64,000 nt of DNA from Balanoglossus misakiensis. Its lineage: Eukaryota; Animalia; Hemichordata. Position numbers and translations under genes: made by a program. The notes under the pieces are model-generated. The model was not told where the DNA came from and searched no databases. It saw nothing but the letters and a program-made list of their open reading frames with translations. Position 1 is the stretch's first letter. Each line of letters begins with the position of its first letter. The stretch spans positions 2,075,854-2,139,853 of the forward strand of contig CM082596.2 of the NCBI GenBank assembly GCA_040954595.2, read 5' to 3'. Shown here in pieces: positions 27,901 to 42,900 of this stretch.

Positions 27901-30900
27901 CATTTTGCATGATATCTGGCAGAGATAGAACTCGAATTATTGAATGTTATTACAGCCATTTGGTTGTCTAAATTATACTTTGGAATGTCAGGCGAATTGG
28001 AAACCGTTTTCTGGGCATTTTGGCTTTTGTGTGACAGCCAGTTTGGGAACAATAGAGGAAAACGCAAAGATGTGCAATAATGTTACTAAATAAGTAATTG
28101 TGTGATTTAAAGTCAGTTTCAATCTTCTCCTACAGAAACCATCATTTGCAAAATTGATGACAGAGGAAATGACTCTGTGAAATTTCCTGATTACCATGGC
28201 AACTCATATACAGGGGTAATGCCCCTGTTATGCAGCATTATTTTTTGTATGAAGGTCAATACATTCATATATTTATGAAACATAATGTATGGCTTCTGCC
28301 AAGAACAGTAATGACAGCTCTGTAACGACCTATTGAAAAGCAAATTTTTCACTACAGATATTGCTTCCATCTTTAATCTGGGTATTACCAATTTTATCTT
28401 CTTCTGATTGCTGTGTCTTTGTTGCGCCTCGCAAGACTGGACAAATTACTGATTGTCATGTGGAATTACGGACAGTTTTGGTGAAATAGCTATAAATCAA
28501 GTCATTCGTCAAGGTGTTCACAAAACGAGGCATTATTTTCCATTCTGTAGTGTTGCGAGCAAAGAGTGTTTCAGTAGTTGGAAATTTACACCCTCATAGT
28601 AAATATATGCTAGCTATTCTCAAAGATTGATCATTTCTTTGCAGTTTTTTATGAAACTTGCCAAAGGTCAATGGAGAAAATATTTAAACTTGTTTATTTT
28701 TCTGGAAAATGTAGAAAGTGCATTAGTGAATGTTTCTCTTGCAAATGATATGCATGCATTGTCAGTGGGTAACATGTAAGTGTCACATTTCAAACTCAAT
28801 TGTTGATGAATTTTTCATATTTTTACCATCAACCGAGCGTATCTCCATGGGAATGCCCCTAGCATTTCGCACAGAAATATCTTGAAGAAAACATGAAGTA
28901 GCATCCCTGGGTACAGAGAAATTGATGAGGCTCCTCAGTCGTACAGATATTTCTGGAAGTGGGTGTTGATGCCCTGGAAAAGTGTGAAGGACACATGTTG
29001 ATGATATGAAAAGTTCATGACCGGTATATGTGGATAAGTACTTGATGAAATTAAAGTGGAGAGAATTGACAAAGAGAGAGCTTGAAAGCATATTTGTGGC
29101 ACTAGACTTGTTTTCCTGACCGAGTTCATAAACTTTATAATAGTTTGTAGTTGTGATCTTGAAAAATTATTGCTGTTTTAGTCATCCATGCAGTAAAAAT
29201 TTGAGAAGTGTCATTGAAAAAGTGAAATTGGCCTCGTGTTTGTTTTTCATTTAGTTTACTCGGATATGAATGCACCATTGAGCAATCTCAGTGATCATCC
29301 TGGTTATTGAATTGATATACACTTCAATTCACGGTGTTGTACTTGGTAAAAGATTTATGATCAAAGCAGTAATTATTGCACTGGTCTGATTCAGAATCCA
29401 CTTAGCTTTGCAAGCTTATTAACTTTTTCTCACAGGATTGTGGAAATTGATGAATTTAGCTTCACTGGTTGCCGTGACATTGTAGCTTTTATTAGAATAA
29501 AGGTAATATGAGTTCTCAGGGGGCAAAGTGTCATACCACATGGTGATTATAATCTTTCATTAAATTTTGGTTTGACATTGATAGCGTTATTAAAAATGCC
29601 CATATGTCAGTCGCTAGCTTTGGCAAATCCTGGCTTTATAATCAGTATTTGTTCTTATATGACAAGCTTCTTATTCAGAAATGTCACTTCTGAAGTCTGG
29701 TGACCCATTGTGGTGTGTTTTCAGTTGACTTCAATGCTTTAGGGAGTAAAACAAGAAACCATAATCAATGACAAAGAGTTATATCTTCTGTGGACATAGT
29801 CTGGAAGTAATGTTTCGGGTAATATCTCAGGTGGTGTACCTTGAGTTGAAAACAGTGATCGATTTCAAGTTCATTCAAAACAATCTTGCTGAAGTTCACT
29901 GCCATGGTCATCATCTTGTCCTCTTCATTCAATCTTGAACTTTCATTGAACCCAACCCCACAATTCCCAACCAAATTTTCTGTCACCTAACTGTAACCCC
30001 CTGCAAAGCAATTTTCCCAGGGGACTTTGTTCGTGTAATGTTATTTCCGCAGTTTAGTTTGGCCAGCGAATTAGATTTCCCATTTAATTGCTGGGAAGGG
30101 ATAACATTGGCAATTGTGGCCGTGCGGACTGTTGGGAAATGGATTGGACTGTAATGTTATTTAGTGACGAAATTGTGTGCCATAAATAGACCAGCTCACA
30201 ATGAGCGACATTATCCAGAACAACCTGATGAGGTTGGAAATTGAGGTAATTTCTGTGGTCAGTTTGTGGAATATTGACAGAAGAAATGTGCTAGGACAAC
30301 AGCAAGAGAGCAATTTAATTGGCAGTTTAATAAAACAAGAGTGTGAGGTCACATATGTACCAGTATCTTAAGTGTGTGTGTATCATTAAGTACCTGGTAA
30401 ATACCACTGCTAAGTGAAAATGCTGACAAATCCAGAATCACTCTCTATACTTTATATTTCATTTCCGATAGCTATGATGAAACTGTAACTTATTTTATCT
30501 AGACCATAGGAAGTGTTATTCAACCTGCCTATTGGTCGACATAGTTGATTATATGTTATTTTAAGACGTTGCCAGGTGCAGTCATACAAATTCAGCCTTC
30601 CTATCAGTCAAAACAGTTCATAATATGCTAATTTAAGTAATTTCCGGGTATATAGGTGTTTAAACCAAGTATGCAGAGAGTGTAAGCATGTAACATAATT
30701 CCTCTGGGACCATTCCGTTTGAGTGGAAAGAGAATTTGGCAGTGCATTTTTTCCAGCTCATTTGCCACACACGCGAGCAGATTAGAAATATTACAGTATG
30801 TAAATCTCGAAAGTCGTCACGACAGCGATGAAGTCACGTGACCATTTCAAAAATCCCGAAAATGTGAGAAAACTTGAAACAGAATGAAAGACACCAGTTG

Positions 30901-33900
30901 CTAGAAAACAGTCAAGGAATGTCGCAATTTGAATTCTCAGTCACTTGAAAACGGGATGTATCGCCTCATCTTCAAAATAATTAAATTTGCAGAATGGAAT
31001 TGTGCGGGAACATTAGACTGGTTAAGTCCTATCAGTGGAGGTAATACATCTTTATAAGGAAGTTCACTGCATTGTGTCAAGCTGTCCTTACGCACCTACG
31101 TCTTGCGCATATCTGATTTGCTGCCAGGATTTTCATAAACCTGCTGCTGTCCTGAAGTGCAACAGTCAGAGTATATTCTCATCATTTCTCGGCTATTTCT
31201 CAATCGTGAAGTCGTAGATGACGTTATTAACCATGTCAGCCGGGCTATAAATTTGAAATGAGCTTGTCTTTTAACTGCGTAGGTGTCAAATTATAGCTTG
31301 TTTTTATCGCGGATGACAGTACACACAGTTCTTTCATCCATAAAAAGTGATTATGCTGTCAGCTTTTTATTGGAGAGATTATTTTAGACAGCTTCTCAAA
31401 CAGTTCCACTATGTACAGTTCCATCAGTGATGATGCCTATACCATCTGTTTTGGTTCAGCGAAGTATTAACGTATTATTTCGTGAAAATTTATCGAAATC
31501 ACATTGATATTATCTTATCATTTATGAATGTAATGGTTTGAAAGATACAGTTAGTTTAATAGATAGACAAAAAATAATGGAAAACAGGCTCCGGCATAAA
31601 GCCAAATTATTGTTTCTTTGATTAGCTAACTCCGCCTTTTGGCTGTTACATCCTTTCCAGCAAATTAGTCAGATCTCGCGCCATCATTAGCAGCAATTAT
31701 CAACCAGGCTGAGGGACCATGCCAAATGGTCATAGGGACCAGTTCCTTGTTGCGGCTGAGCAGTGCCCAGTGGTCAGGAACCAGCTTCCTTGATACTTCA
31801 GTAATGAGCTAAATTCTCTTACACACTGCTAGAAGAGGCAGCCATGCCTCCGAACCATGCAAAGATTCTCCGAGATTTTGTATAAATCTCTTAATGATTG
31901 TGCTGCCTTACGGTTAGTTGAATACCTGATTGCATCGGGATCGGAGACAAGAGGGCTGTTTGCCGAATAAGTCCAAAATGTTTGTGATAATATCAGAGCA
32001 GTCAGGCACCCCACAATTCTATTACAAATGTAAATTGTGGTCACTCCTGCTGGTTATTCTGATACTACTTCACAGAAGTGAAAAGACCCAATCAAGCAAG
32101 ATCTTCCTTCTCATTAAAGTAAAACTTCTTTTTTTAAAATAAGACCATCTCTTCTTCTGTGCTGATTTAAGTTGCCTTCACAAATTTGATTTCCAAATGA
32201 TGCCATCATGGATCAAGGCTAGTAATGCCAGATTAATGACTCCAGGACAGATTAATGATGTTATCATACTGGAGAAGTTACTTTAGTTTGATAGATGCTT
32301 TACAAGAAAATGTCTACATGGATGCAGATTTCCATTGTAGCCAGCTATTTATACCAAGTATCTCCAAAAAGCCGAACAGTGAGTGCTCTAAGAAAACAGA
32401 CAGAAATGTTGCCGAATAAGAGTTTGATACTCATACTACTTTGTCAGGCAAAACTTTTTTTATTGGTAATTTGTAGTCCGAAGCCACATCTGACAGGGAC
32501 ACGATTAAAACATGATAGTTTTCAAATTTGATACTTGTATTTCCTCCTGTAGATAAACCAAACACCTGAACATAGGATTGTACTGTTAGATTTCGTTTCC
32601 ATGCCTAGAATCGATATTGGATGGTTACGGCCGTACATGTTGATGATGACCCAATATATATAATCAACTGGCAGGCAGGTTTAGGCTTTCATTGGACGCA
32701 TTAAAATTCCAGTGCTCAGTGCAGGAGAATGTTTACATATTAGACCTAATACTGGATTGATTGGAAGTTTTGATCAAGTTAGGCAGGGATGGGATTACCT
32801 AGGAGATGTGTGGGATGGGGATATTGAAAAAAATGTTACATGCACATGTAAAGTCTTTTGGAAAACAGGTAATTTCTTTATACACTCTGATTTCTTTTGA
32901 CCTTTGCTACAGTCTGTGCAGGGTGAAACTATCCGGGCATTTCTACAGCTGTGACTGTTAATACATTATAATCCATATCATTCATTCTTGTAAGTTCTTT
33001 TGATTAAAGAACTTAGTTTTCAAATGTTTATAAGTTATATCGTATTTAATATTCAATTGTACGTTCAGAATATTTGTTGGATTCCCTAAACACTTGTTCA
33101 GACTTTTGCCATTGATAAATTTCAGCTGAAGTTCAAGTTCCAGAACTGATAACACATCTTGTGTGACTCTGACCTTTGCTAAACATATGCCTTATTGAGA
33201 GCCCAAAGGGGCAAGTCTTTGAAGAGAGACTCTTGATAAGGCAGAGGGATTGTGTAGATTATAGTGATCACCCTTGATATTGTACAACTCATCAGAGCCA
33301 TCGAAAATGTCAATGAACCCATCACTTTCAAGGTGAAATACTCCTAGGCATGCTTTCAGTCTTGGTGATTAGGAAAAGCAAATGTTTTTTGATAATTCTC
33401 TCCTGTCACCTTTGAAACGCCCTTCCTGTACATTCATAAATCTCACAATACCACATCAGGGATAATCACACCTTTCCATCATCTGGTTATCTTTGTTCAT
33501 GACCTTCAAAACATTTTCATCACTGACCTTCTGTAGCTTCATGGATTAATTAATTATTGCAGGATCATAGGGTTAATGGTTGGCATAAAAAATTGAAAAT
33601 GTCAAAGTTATTTTATAGTGTTCAGTGTAATTTTTGGTCAGTGTATAATAAGAAGACAGCTGAGGACGGAAATCTAGTTCACAAGACAGTTTTACAGAAG
33701 AAAACTATACAAAAAAGTACTGATATATTTCCTAGTGATTTAATGTTATTGTGGTCAGTAAAATTAACTTGAGTGTAGTGAAATTACCAGTAGAATAAAA
33801 AAGCATGGTTTTGTCAGTTTTGATTTCATTTAATTTTTTGAACCGGCATTTCAGTTGTGATGTGGATATATTTTCCAAACTTAATGAGACCCACCCATGG

Positions 33901-36900
33901 TGCGAGCTACAGCAATCATGCAACCGGAAAAATCCAACAGAGCAATCATAAAGAAAGAATAAACTAAGCTAGAGGCGGTGAAGTTCAAAGTCAGTGTTGC
34001 AAATTAGACTTTATTGGAAGTTCAAATAGGTCTCATAATGACTTCATCATACCCTGGGGTAATGCCTCAAAATGTTATAGTCAGATTTGAATGAATTAGG
34101 CCATCATAATAAGGGTCATGCTAATGGGTATTGTGTTTCATTAAATCAGTGTTTGTTCCTTGTGGAGTTGCTGATGTTTCTATTCATTTTCACAATAACC
34201 ATATTACACACCACTGGCATTAAACATACCGCTAGTATAATATTGCTAACTAAACAGGTTCTGGCAGGTGTTAACTAGTTTGTTTATTTTATGCTCCATA
34301 TATCATAGTCATGGCATCAATCAATTTTTATCGCTGTTAAGACCACAGCAGTGATCAACCTCACGGAAAGAGTAACATGTTTCTATGCAATACATGTACA
34401 GTACCTTGTATTCAAATGAATGTCCACATCATAGTGTATGTTAGCTGGCAATTCCTCATTCAAAGCTAGAAAGTTGTAAAAGTTTGAAACCCAAGCATTC
34501 CAAGTGTAATCCTGATTGCAGGTGTTTTAGCGTAAATTATGACAGAGTTTGTAGTTACTAGAAGTAACAGTAAAATTCCAGAAAATCTCGCACAAGCAGT
34601 GGATTCTATTCCTGATAATCGGCAGTTTATTTTAGGACTCTATCCTGTCAAGAAAAACGCACAACAGGTGAGCATAGGATTAATCAGCTAACGCTCAAAT
34701 TTCAGCTGTACATTTCAATATATTTCCTTTGTAACGTCATCAGTATACGCACTTAGAAGGCTTTGCGGCCTGTTTGTCTTGTGGCTTTTTAACCATAAGC
34801 CACTTGATCAAAGTAGATGAGACGTGAATAGCAGTGAGAAAGAAATGGAATTGTGGCAACAACATTATTCCTCAGAGCAAGGAGAATTTTGAGCAAACAT
34901 CTTGGTTGAATGTAAACACTCATATTTGCTGAAGGTGGCTAGCAAACGTAGAAACGAACTGAAATGAAATTTTATTTTTCACGGTTTTATTGACTTTATC
35001 GCAGAATAAAGGTACATTGATGTGGATCTTTGCCTGAAAGTGGCACTAATGTGCAAGGTAGCCTGAGAGGTAATATTTTACAGTGCTTCCTAGAAAGCCA
35101 TGCTAAAACACACAAAATTTAACCAACTGCCATTTCATTTCCTGGCTCTACATGTGTGTAGAGTCAGACATAAAATATCAATATTCTTTCACTATACATT
35201 GCATCAAACAATTTAACAGATGATTTGGCCACTACTGCAGATATTACTTTACTCCTTACTGTTCATAGATTTTATCCTTTCATACTATTCACTCCATTAG
35301 CCTTTCACCCCCATTTTCCTCTACGTGGTTCCATCCGAACCAACATTCAAACAGAGGGGTTATACTAAATTCAGTCACAAACTGAGGAATTCTAATTTGC
35401 CAGATTGGATGTTAACTCTCATTCAGGAACAGCGGGCATTGTCATTGCCATTTTCACAACAAAATGGGAAAATTACCAGGCACGTACCAACATCGCAGCA
35501 CGCTCCATTATCGTGCCTGCGGTAAAATCAGAAAGTGAACAAATTTCCTGCTGACTTTGCATGGGATCTCACAGCAAGTGTTCTCCAAGGATATGTGACT
35601 GTTACGCTTGACCTAATTCCATCCTGTCAAAGTAGCTACAGTTTAATAAAGCGACGAGAAGTTTACCTTTTAACATTATGAGCTTTTTTTCTGCTGTAAC
35701 CTGGTAAACGGTCAAGTGATTGGAGCGAAAAAGTTTGTTCTAATCCTGTCCAAAAGGGGGTTTACTTTGGATCACATCAAGGGATTTTTGTGTAAAGATT
35801 TGTCAAAGAAGTGTTATATTAAATTATGACTGCAAGTCTCAAGTTTTCCTCAAATGTAAGCTGCTTTTTTCACAAATTAATTTCTAGCTGTATCACCACC
35901 TGAAACCTTTAATCGGATAGTTTGTGTGTGTCCAGCAAGTAATATGTGACTGGTGTGTGTACATGCAGTAATGTTTAATAAGGTGATAGATGATTGGGAC
36001 TTAAATGAAATAAGACAGGATAAAGTCACCTGGATGCACTGTAAATTTACATGCCTGTTCCTCGCTTGGGTGTTTGATGTGGTGTGCCGAAGTGCTAGCA
36101 TGAATGAATGAGAGTTTAGCGGCGCATATGGTGATATTTTCTTTGCGGCACTGAATCAGAGAGACGGTGAATGCGACTGAGTGCGGCTTATTCCAATATG
36201 GGCACAGGTGTGCAAATAGCGCAGTCTGATAAACAAGATCAATATTTTTTAAAAGTTTTTATTAATTGTTTATCTCAGACTTCAGTGAATTTCTTGCACT
36301 TGTGGTACTTGTAATTTTGACAGGTGCAATCACAGTGTCTGCCGACTTTATTTGATACAAGTAAACTATTCTTTTAGAAATTTACAGCATTTAGTAAGTC
36401 TGCCATACATTCTGTCTGGAAGTAAAATGTATGATTGTCAATTAGGGAGCTTTCTCATACTTGGCGGCAAAACTTTTGACTGTTATAGCATGGTAATGTG
36501 TATTTTTTTTTTTTTTTGCAATAGGGAGAAGTTAGCAGTGGCTCGGCTACAGCGAGAGTTGTCCAAAGTGAAGACGGAAACACCATCAGTAAGTCAAATT
36601 AAAAACTATCAATTAAACAAATTTACATCAACTTTGTAAATTCTGTTAGTAGAAATAAGTTTAGCATATATACCAGTGGAGTCCTAAGATGATCATATCA
36701 TGTTTTATTCATGCTAGTTATATTTGTGTTCGTTTTTATGCAATATTCATGCAGTTATCCATTTCATATCCATTAGAACTACGATGGATATCAACTAGAG
36801 AGAGCCTCACAGTGCATTTCAATTTTACTCTTATCAAGGTGTACTTTGAGATAATGAGAATGTTTTTTCTCATGGCATAATCTGCTGATTATATCTGCAG

Positions 36901-39900
36901 TCCCAAAAATTTATCAGATAATAAAAGTAGCTTAGATGTTACTTGCAAACTGAGTAATTTCTATGATTCAGGCTGAAGAAACTCATTTGCTATCAATAAG
37001 GGAAATAGAGAAATTAAATGAAGAACTCAATAAAATAACACAAAGACACTTTAGCTAACTCTTACATGCATCTTTTCCGGACAGTAGATAGTGCAGAGAG
37101 CTTTTTTTATAAGAAAATCTTGCAAGGAACTCTAGTATAGTGGAGCTTGGAGGAGCATTTCATATGAGGATGATGGTGATAGGGGCTTGGGGGTTTTGAA
37201 ATAACCTTGACACTGATTTATCCAGCGACATCACAATCACAAATGATCCATTGCAGCTCATCCTGCATAGACGTTTTTATTACAAAAGAGATACGTCTAG
37301 TACGCTTGATGAAAAACGTGATTAGAGCAAACATCATATATATTAAGAGGTTACTGAACTCTCAGACATTAATTGCGTATTATTAAGTACAATTGTTCAG
37401 GTACAAGGATACAGCTTCGTGCTAGATGAATAGCAATGTAGAGTTTATTACCCCATCACAGTCACATGGCCCTAATGATCAGTGAGCACTTCCCTAATGC
37501 ACATCAACTACTTTATTGCTTTTAAAGGTTTAAAGAAAACTCCTGCTGCAGAATGTCTCCGATTTCAAGGGTAATGATGCTAAAAATGAATCATGGGCAG
37601 TGAAAACGAGATTGTGACCGTATATTTCACACCTGGATGTGTTTGGTGTTATTAACCTTGAGAGGAAAGTAGCATACAATGCACATTGGAGTGTGCTTAA
37701 CAGAGAATATTGTGTCTCTGTGATTTTAAGAGGAATGTGATATTTTCAACAAGTAACTCCAAGGCAAAATGTCACAAGCACTGGGTTAATAGTAATACAG
37801 TGAAACCTGTCTAAATGTCTGCCTTTTCCAATCCCTTCGACGTTAGCTGCTGCAGTGAGTTGTAGAAAGCCAGTATACATCATGATTCCTTAATCACTAA
37901 TAAATCTCAGAAATCAGCTATATGTAAAATAAAAAGTCAAAAACATCCCAATTTTAAAATTCAAGTGTCTTACTATAAACTCACATGACTCTTGCACTCA
38001 ACAGACTTGGATTTATTAATGACAGTGTCACATACCTATAGCTTGGATAAGATTCTTAGCAGGTCATAGACAGATTACAGGATAAGGAAGGTCTTGACAG
38101 ATGGAGCAGGCTTTCTGGGCAGGATATGAACTGAATATGTTAATTCTAAGAATATCGATTGAAATGATTGAATAAGTGTGTTGTTGAGATGAGCCAGGGC
38201 ACATAACAGATGTTGTACAAACTGCATATGATGTGTAAATGTCGGGAATATCTGAAGTAAATTGCCGTGAAGTGGAAATTGATACACCTCATAGATGTCA
38301 TTGATTTTTGTCTTTGCAGGATATGGCCTGAAGTAATTGAAAGGCTGTGGTATTTCTAATGGAGGCTTAACTCCATCATTTGTATCGGTTCTCTAGTGAA
38401 GTGTATCATTAATTGTGATCAAAAGATGAAATGGGTCACTTATTGTGACAGAATATTGTCTTCATGTGAGCATATAGACTTAAGTTCTTCAATAATTCTA
38501 TCATTGGACAATGAGGCTTTTGATACATCTTTGTAGTTAATTGGACTTTTTCAGAGGCTGGCAATAACTGTAAAAGCTCAGGCAATTAGGTAATTAATTC
38601 TTAACACAGATATGTGAGGAAGTATATGTACTGGTAGAAAGCTTTCATTAATTGACCCATTTCCTTGACTTACTTTTGCATTAACCACAAATGTTAAAGT
38701 TACTTCATTCAGTGCCTAATTGTCCAGCCTTTCACTGATAGATAGAGAATCAATTTTTCATTTGAAAATGTCTTCCATGAATGATGACATTAGAATAAGA
38801 ACTGTTAGAGAACTATTTCCCAAGGGCTTCCAAGTCTATCATCTTTGTCACGCACAGTATACCTTTAATGTGTGACCTTTGACATCTATGCATGAACTCG
38901 CCAAGTGTTTGCCGAACCAATTTTCCAGTAATTAAATTCCATTGTAAGATTTCTGTCACTAGACTTTGACAGTGTCAACACACACAAAAAAACCTTGGCA
39001 TGGACATGCGTTGATTGGAAAATCAGCGCGATCAGAAATTGATGGCTGATCAAATTACAGGTATTTCCCGTGGAATCAACGCTACCCCATCAATTCACCA
39101 GATTTCTCTTTTCAATAGAATGTCCATGCATATTCCGAAGAATGACTGGAGATAGACAGCTTTATGAATATTTGATTTGATGGTGACTTCATGGCTTGAA
39201 CAAAAGCGAACCCATACGAACTTACAGTTGACCTTTTCATCACAGGATATAAGCTAGGCTGATGAAAATTTTGCACTCACACTTTACTTCCCTAACTGCC
39301 TCTTTGCATCACTTGCTCAGGTTAGGGAGCTTTTCTCATTCATGTTTACATTGCTTCTTGCCATTGTTTTTTTTCGCAAACTGCTAAGAAAGTGACCCCT
39401 TAACTAAAGGAAAGATGCATATAAACGTTGGTTCCTTGGTGGATTACTGGTTGTACTTTTGAGGCCAGTACTTCATAAAAAATATTCCATATGAGTCAGC
39501 TTTGGTTCTTTCATCAAAAAATCATGTGTCTGCCATAAATAGGATAACATTTTGTAACTGAATCCCAACAGCAGACATAATTATGGACTGGCTGATCATG
39601 CTATATCTCTCAAAATGAATATAAAATTCAGCGATTATGGATGCTTACAGCCTCTTCTGTGATTATATACAGTAGTTTCCCATAGCCCCCCTTAGACGGG
39701 CAGTAAGCCTAGTTAGAAAGGAAATACTCACATCAGCTCCAACCAGTTAGCATGACCTATCAGTGGGTGGTTTGTCCCCTTGTGTAATGGATTATCAGTG
39801 TTAAGCCTAGCAGCGGCGCCTGCAAACCAATTGCTGTGTGCACGTCATTAGTTAACTAAGAAACCTGCAACATCTACTCAACATCACCTGGGCAGGATTT

Positions 39901-42900
39901 AGCCTCATTACAAGCCCTATTACTCCAGTCTTTCTCTAATTTCAGTATTCTGTTATAGAGAATGTTTCTTGAAATAGATCCTGTTAGGCAACAGACTGAG
40001 TTTCTCGCGAGATATATCATTGCTGAATATAAAGTAGCTTGCAAATACAACATATGTTGGTCAGGACTTTGTGGGCAGGACTGTAGATGGTGCAAGCAGT
40101 TATGCCATGCTTACAAGTTGGATATTCAGAAAAATTGCCTTAAGAAAAAGTTTAGTATACACATTGAATATAAAGAAATTACATTTCAGTTCAGTTCAAA
40201 AACACAGATATCCTACTGATTGTAAAATCATTTGTTACTCTTTGTTGACACCAAAATTCACAATTATTCCAATATTCCATGCAGCCAATTTTTTATGTTG
40301 TGTATAAAAACATTCCTCATATGGATCGCACTGTTTCCTTTTATTGCATTAGTGTAATATCGCTCACTATACAAATTTCATGTAAGTGCTCTGTATGTTT
40401 CCATGGAAACCTTTTTCTCAGATTTTAAATTGAGATATCATCCATTTATACCAATCTGCGTCTCTGTACTCAGCTGTAGCAGATCACTCATGACAGAGAT
40501 CTGACAATGCAGTAATATTACACCATTGTAGAGATAACAATTTCCATGTTCCCTTTACAGATGATGAGGCCAGGCATCTGTTCTATACGTTCTTTCCTCA
40601 TCAGTCACTTTTCTTCCTTTCGCTTTCCAGAGAGAGACTCTAATGAAGGATCTAGTGAAGGAGCGAGAACTGCGGTTGGAGGCTGAGAAGAGACTGACCG
40701 AGATGACCACAGAGAGCGAGACTTGCAAGACCCGACTGGAGACGCTGCAGACTGAGTTTGAAACCATGGAGGATGCCGTCAAGAACATGCTACAGTATAA
40801 ATCGAAAATAGAGCAGCTGAAGATGGAAAAGTCCAATGTTATTTTGGCATATGAGGTAAACCTGCAATTTCAGCTTAAATGAACAGGATTTCTAAGGATG
40901 CATTTCCTTGAAATGATTTCCCTGGGGTATTTTTTGATACTTTAATAATCTTGGGGAAAATTGATGGCTGGCTGTAAGGGTTATTGCAGAATAACGGATC
41001 CCTGTTGTGTGTTTGATAACCAGGCTCTTGTATTTATTTCTGTTTGATCAACCCGAAGCCACTTCTGAAACATTCTGATGCTTCTCTCCTAAAGTTAACT
41101 TTCCAGGATAATGGTTTTGTTGGTAGTCATCTTGCTGCAAAACTGCAAACCATATATTCAAATAAACAGATGAAAAAGAATGGTTTTATTATGGTTAAAA
41201 TACATTTTAAAACTTCCAAGGTTTATCTCTGGTGAAAACTACTCTACAGGCCTGTTGTCTGGAAATTAAAATGATCAGAACTGTAGCAAGTTTTACTGAG
41301 GGTACATTGGAGATCATGTTTCCAAATTAAAGTGATATTTTGTCCAAGGATTTCATATATTTAATGATGCCCTCCAGGGAATATTGGCAAGCTTTGTATT
41401 TTTTTTTCAAACAAAAAAGAGAAAAAGTCTCCCAGCTGGCTCCATTTTGGTGTGTAAGCAAAGCAAATCCTGGGTGAAAGAATTCAACATAGTCTACTGT
41501 TCTCATAATCTTTTTGAGAAATGCATAAAATTTTACAAGTAAACGCTTGGGGCCAAATTCATTCAAAACTTGCAGAGCTATTCAACTTGGTTCAGGTCAG
41601 ATGGAAAAAGCTGTTCAGTGTGAAAATTGCCATCCTGACAATTTGACATATACTATAGCTATTCCAGAAAAAATCTTTTGGAATCAGGATACGGTAGATT
41701 CTTTGATTTATGCCCAAGGTTTTGAGATGCGAATTTGTGTGGAAAAAAACAAATCTCATGTTTTGTGATAAGCTGTGCCTTAGGTGCCGCATAGCTACCA
41801 CTGATGTCGTCAGATTACGACATGTAACAAATTGCCGAAGTCTCATAAATTTTCATATTTTCGTAATGGATGCTAAACCCTAAAAAACGAACGCCTGTTA
41901 AAATGAAACACGAGAAGCAGAATCCAGGAATCATGCTAAGGTTCTATGATAGAAAACAGCTCGTTTTAAAAAAGTTAATCTCCGACTAATATGGGGTGAG
42001 TAACCCCAATAATCAATATCTTTTTTTCGAAAGGTGAGATGTTTTCAATATATGCATTGCAAGGGTTCCCGGCCTGGTATCCAACTGCTATATATTTGTT
42101 TGAATGGAGATGTTTTCTATCATTGCCTATATTGTAGACTATTTTGCTATACACTCTTAAACTCCTTGCCTCCAATTTGCCATAAATTTTAAAATAAAAA
42201 ACCTGCCATTGCAATTTATTTTCTTTTGATCTTTTTCCAGAACAATTTACAAAAATTTAGAACGCACATCAACAACTTGGAGCAAGATAACTCCTCCTTG
42301 ATGAATGAATTCCAGAACCGCCAATCTTTGGTAAGTAACAGCTTTTTTCTTATCTTCACCGTGATTGGTCAGAAAGGCAAGTGGTGAATATGCATAAATG
42401 ATTGCATATTTTTCCTATTCTTTATGATCAATATACAGGAAATGAATATTGCCTGAGTCTTTTGAGATTTTTTGGGGTAAATGCTAGAGGTCATTCCACT
42501 GAGAGTAAGCTTAGTTACGAAGAGACCCCAGGATTCCGTTACCAGGCAATTAGTTTTCTGTTAAATGTTGGCAATCCCCTAGCGAGAGTTCCGTCTTTAT
42601 GTAATAGACTTGTTTCAAAATGACTGCTTCACACTGGCAGCACAAGTGTGAGAAATGCAGTCATTTGAGCATAAATCACAATACTATTCGAAATACTATA
42701 AAATTTTGTAGCGTCTTTGAATTTATTCAAAAATTTGAAATCGGACAGACAATATTTTCTTTCACGAAATCAATGCAACAGTCTGGCCCTGTTGTAGTCT
42801 TGGATAAAATGTTCTGTTAACAAAAAATTCAAGCCGTCTTATGGTCACACTTAGCAATATGTTGGCTTTGTACTGGTGAAATTCTGTAGTATATTTTTTT

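Noticed and set aside
40561-40630. Upstream acceptor ccctttacag| at 40560 for exon 4
   Set aside because: It adds 70 nt and shifts the frame relative to the conserved exon.
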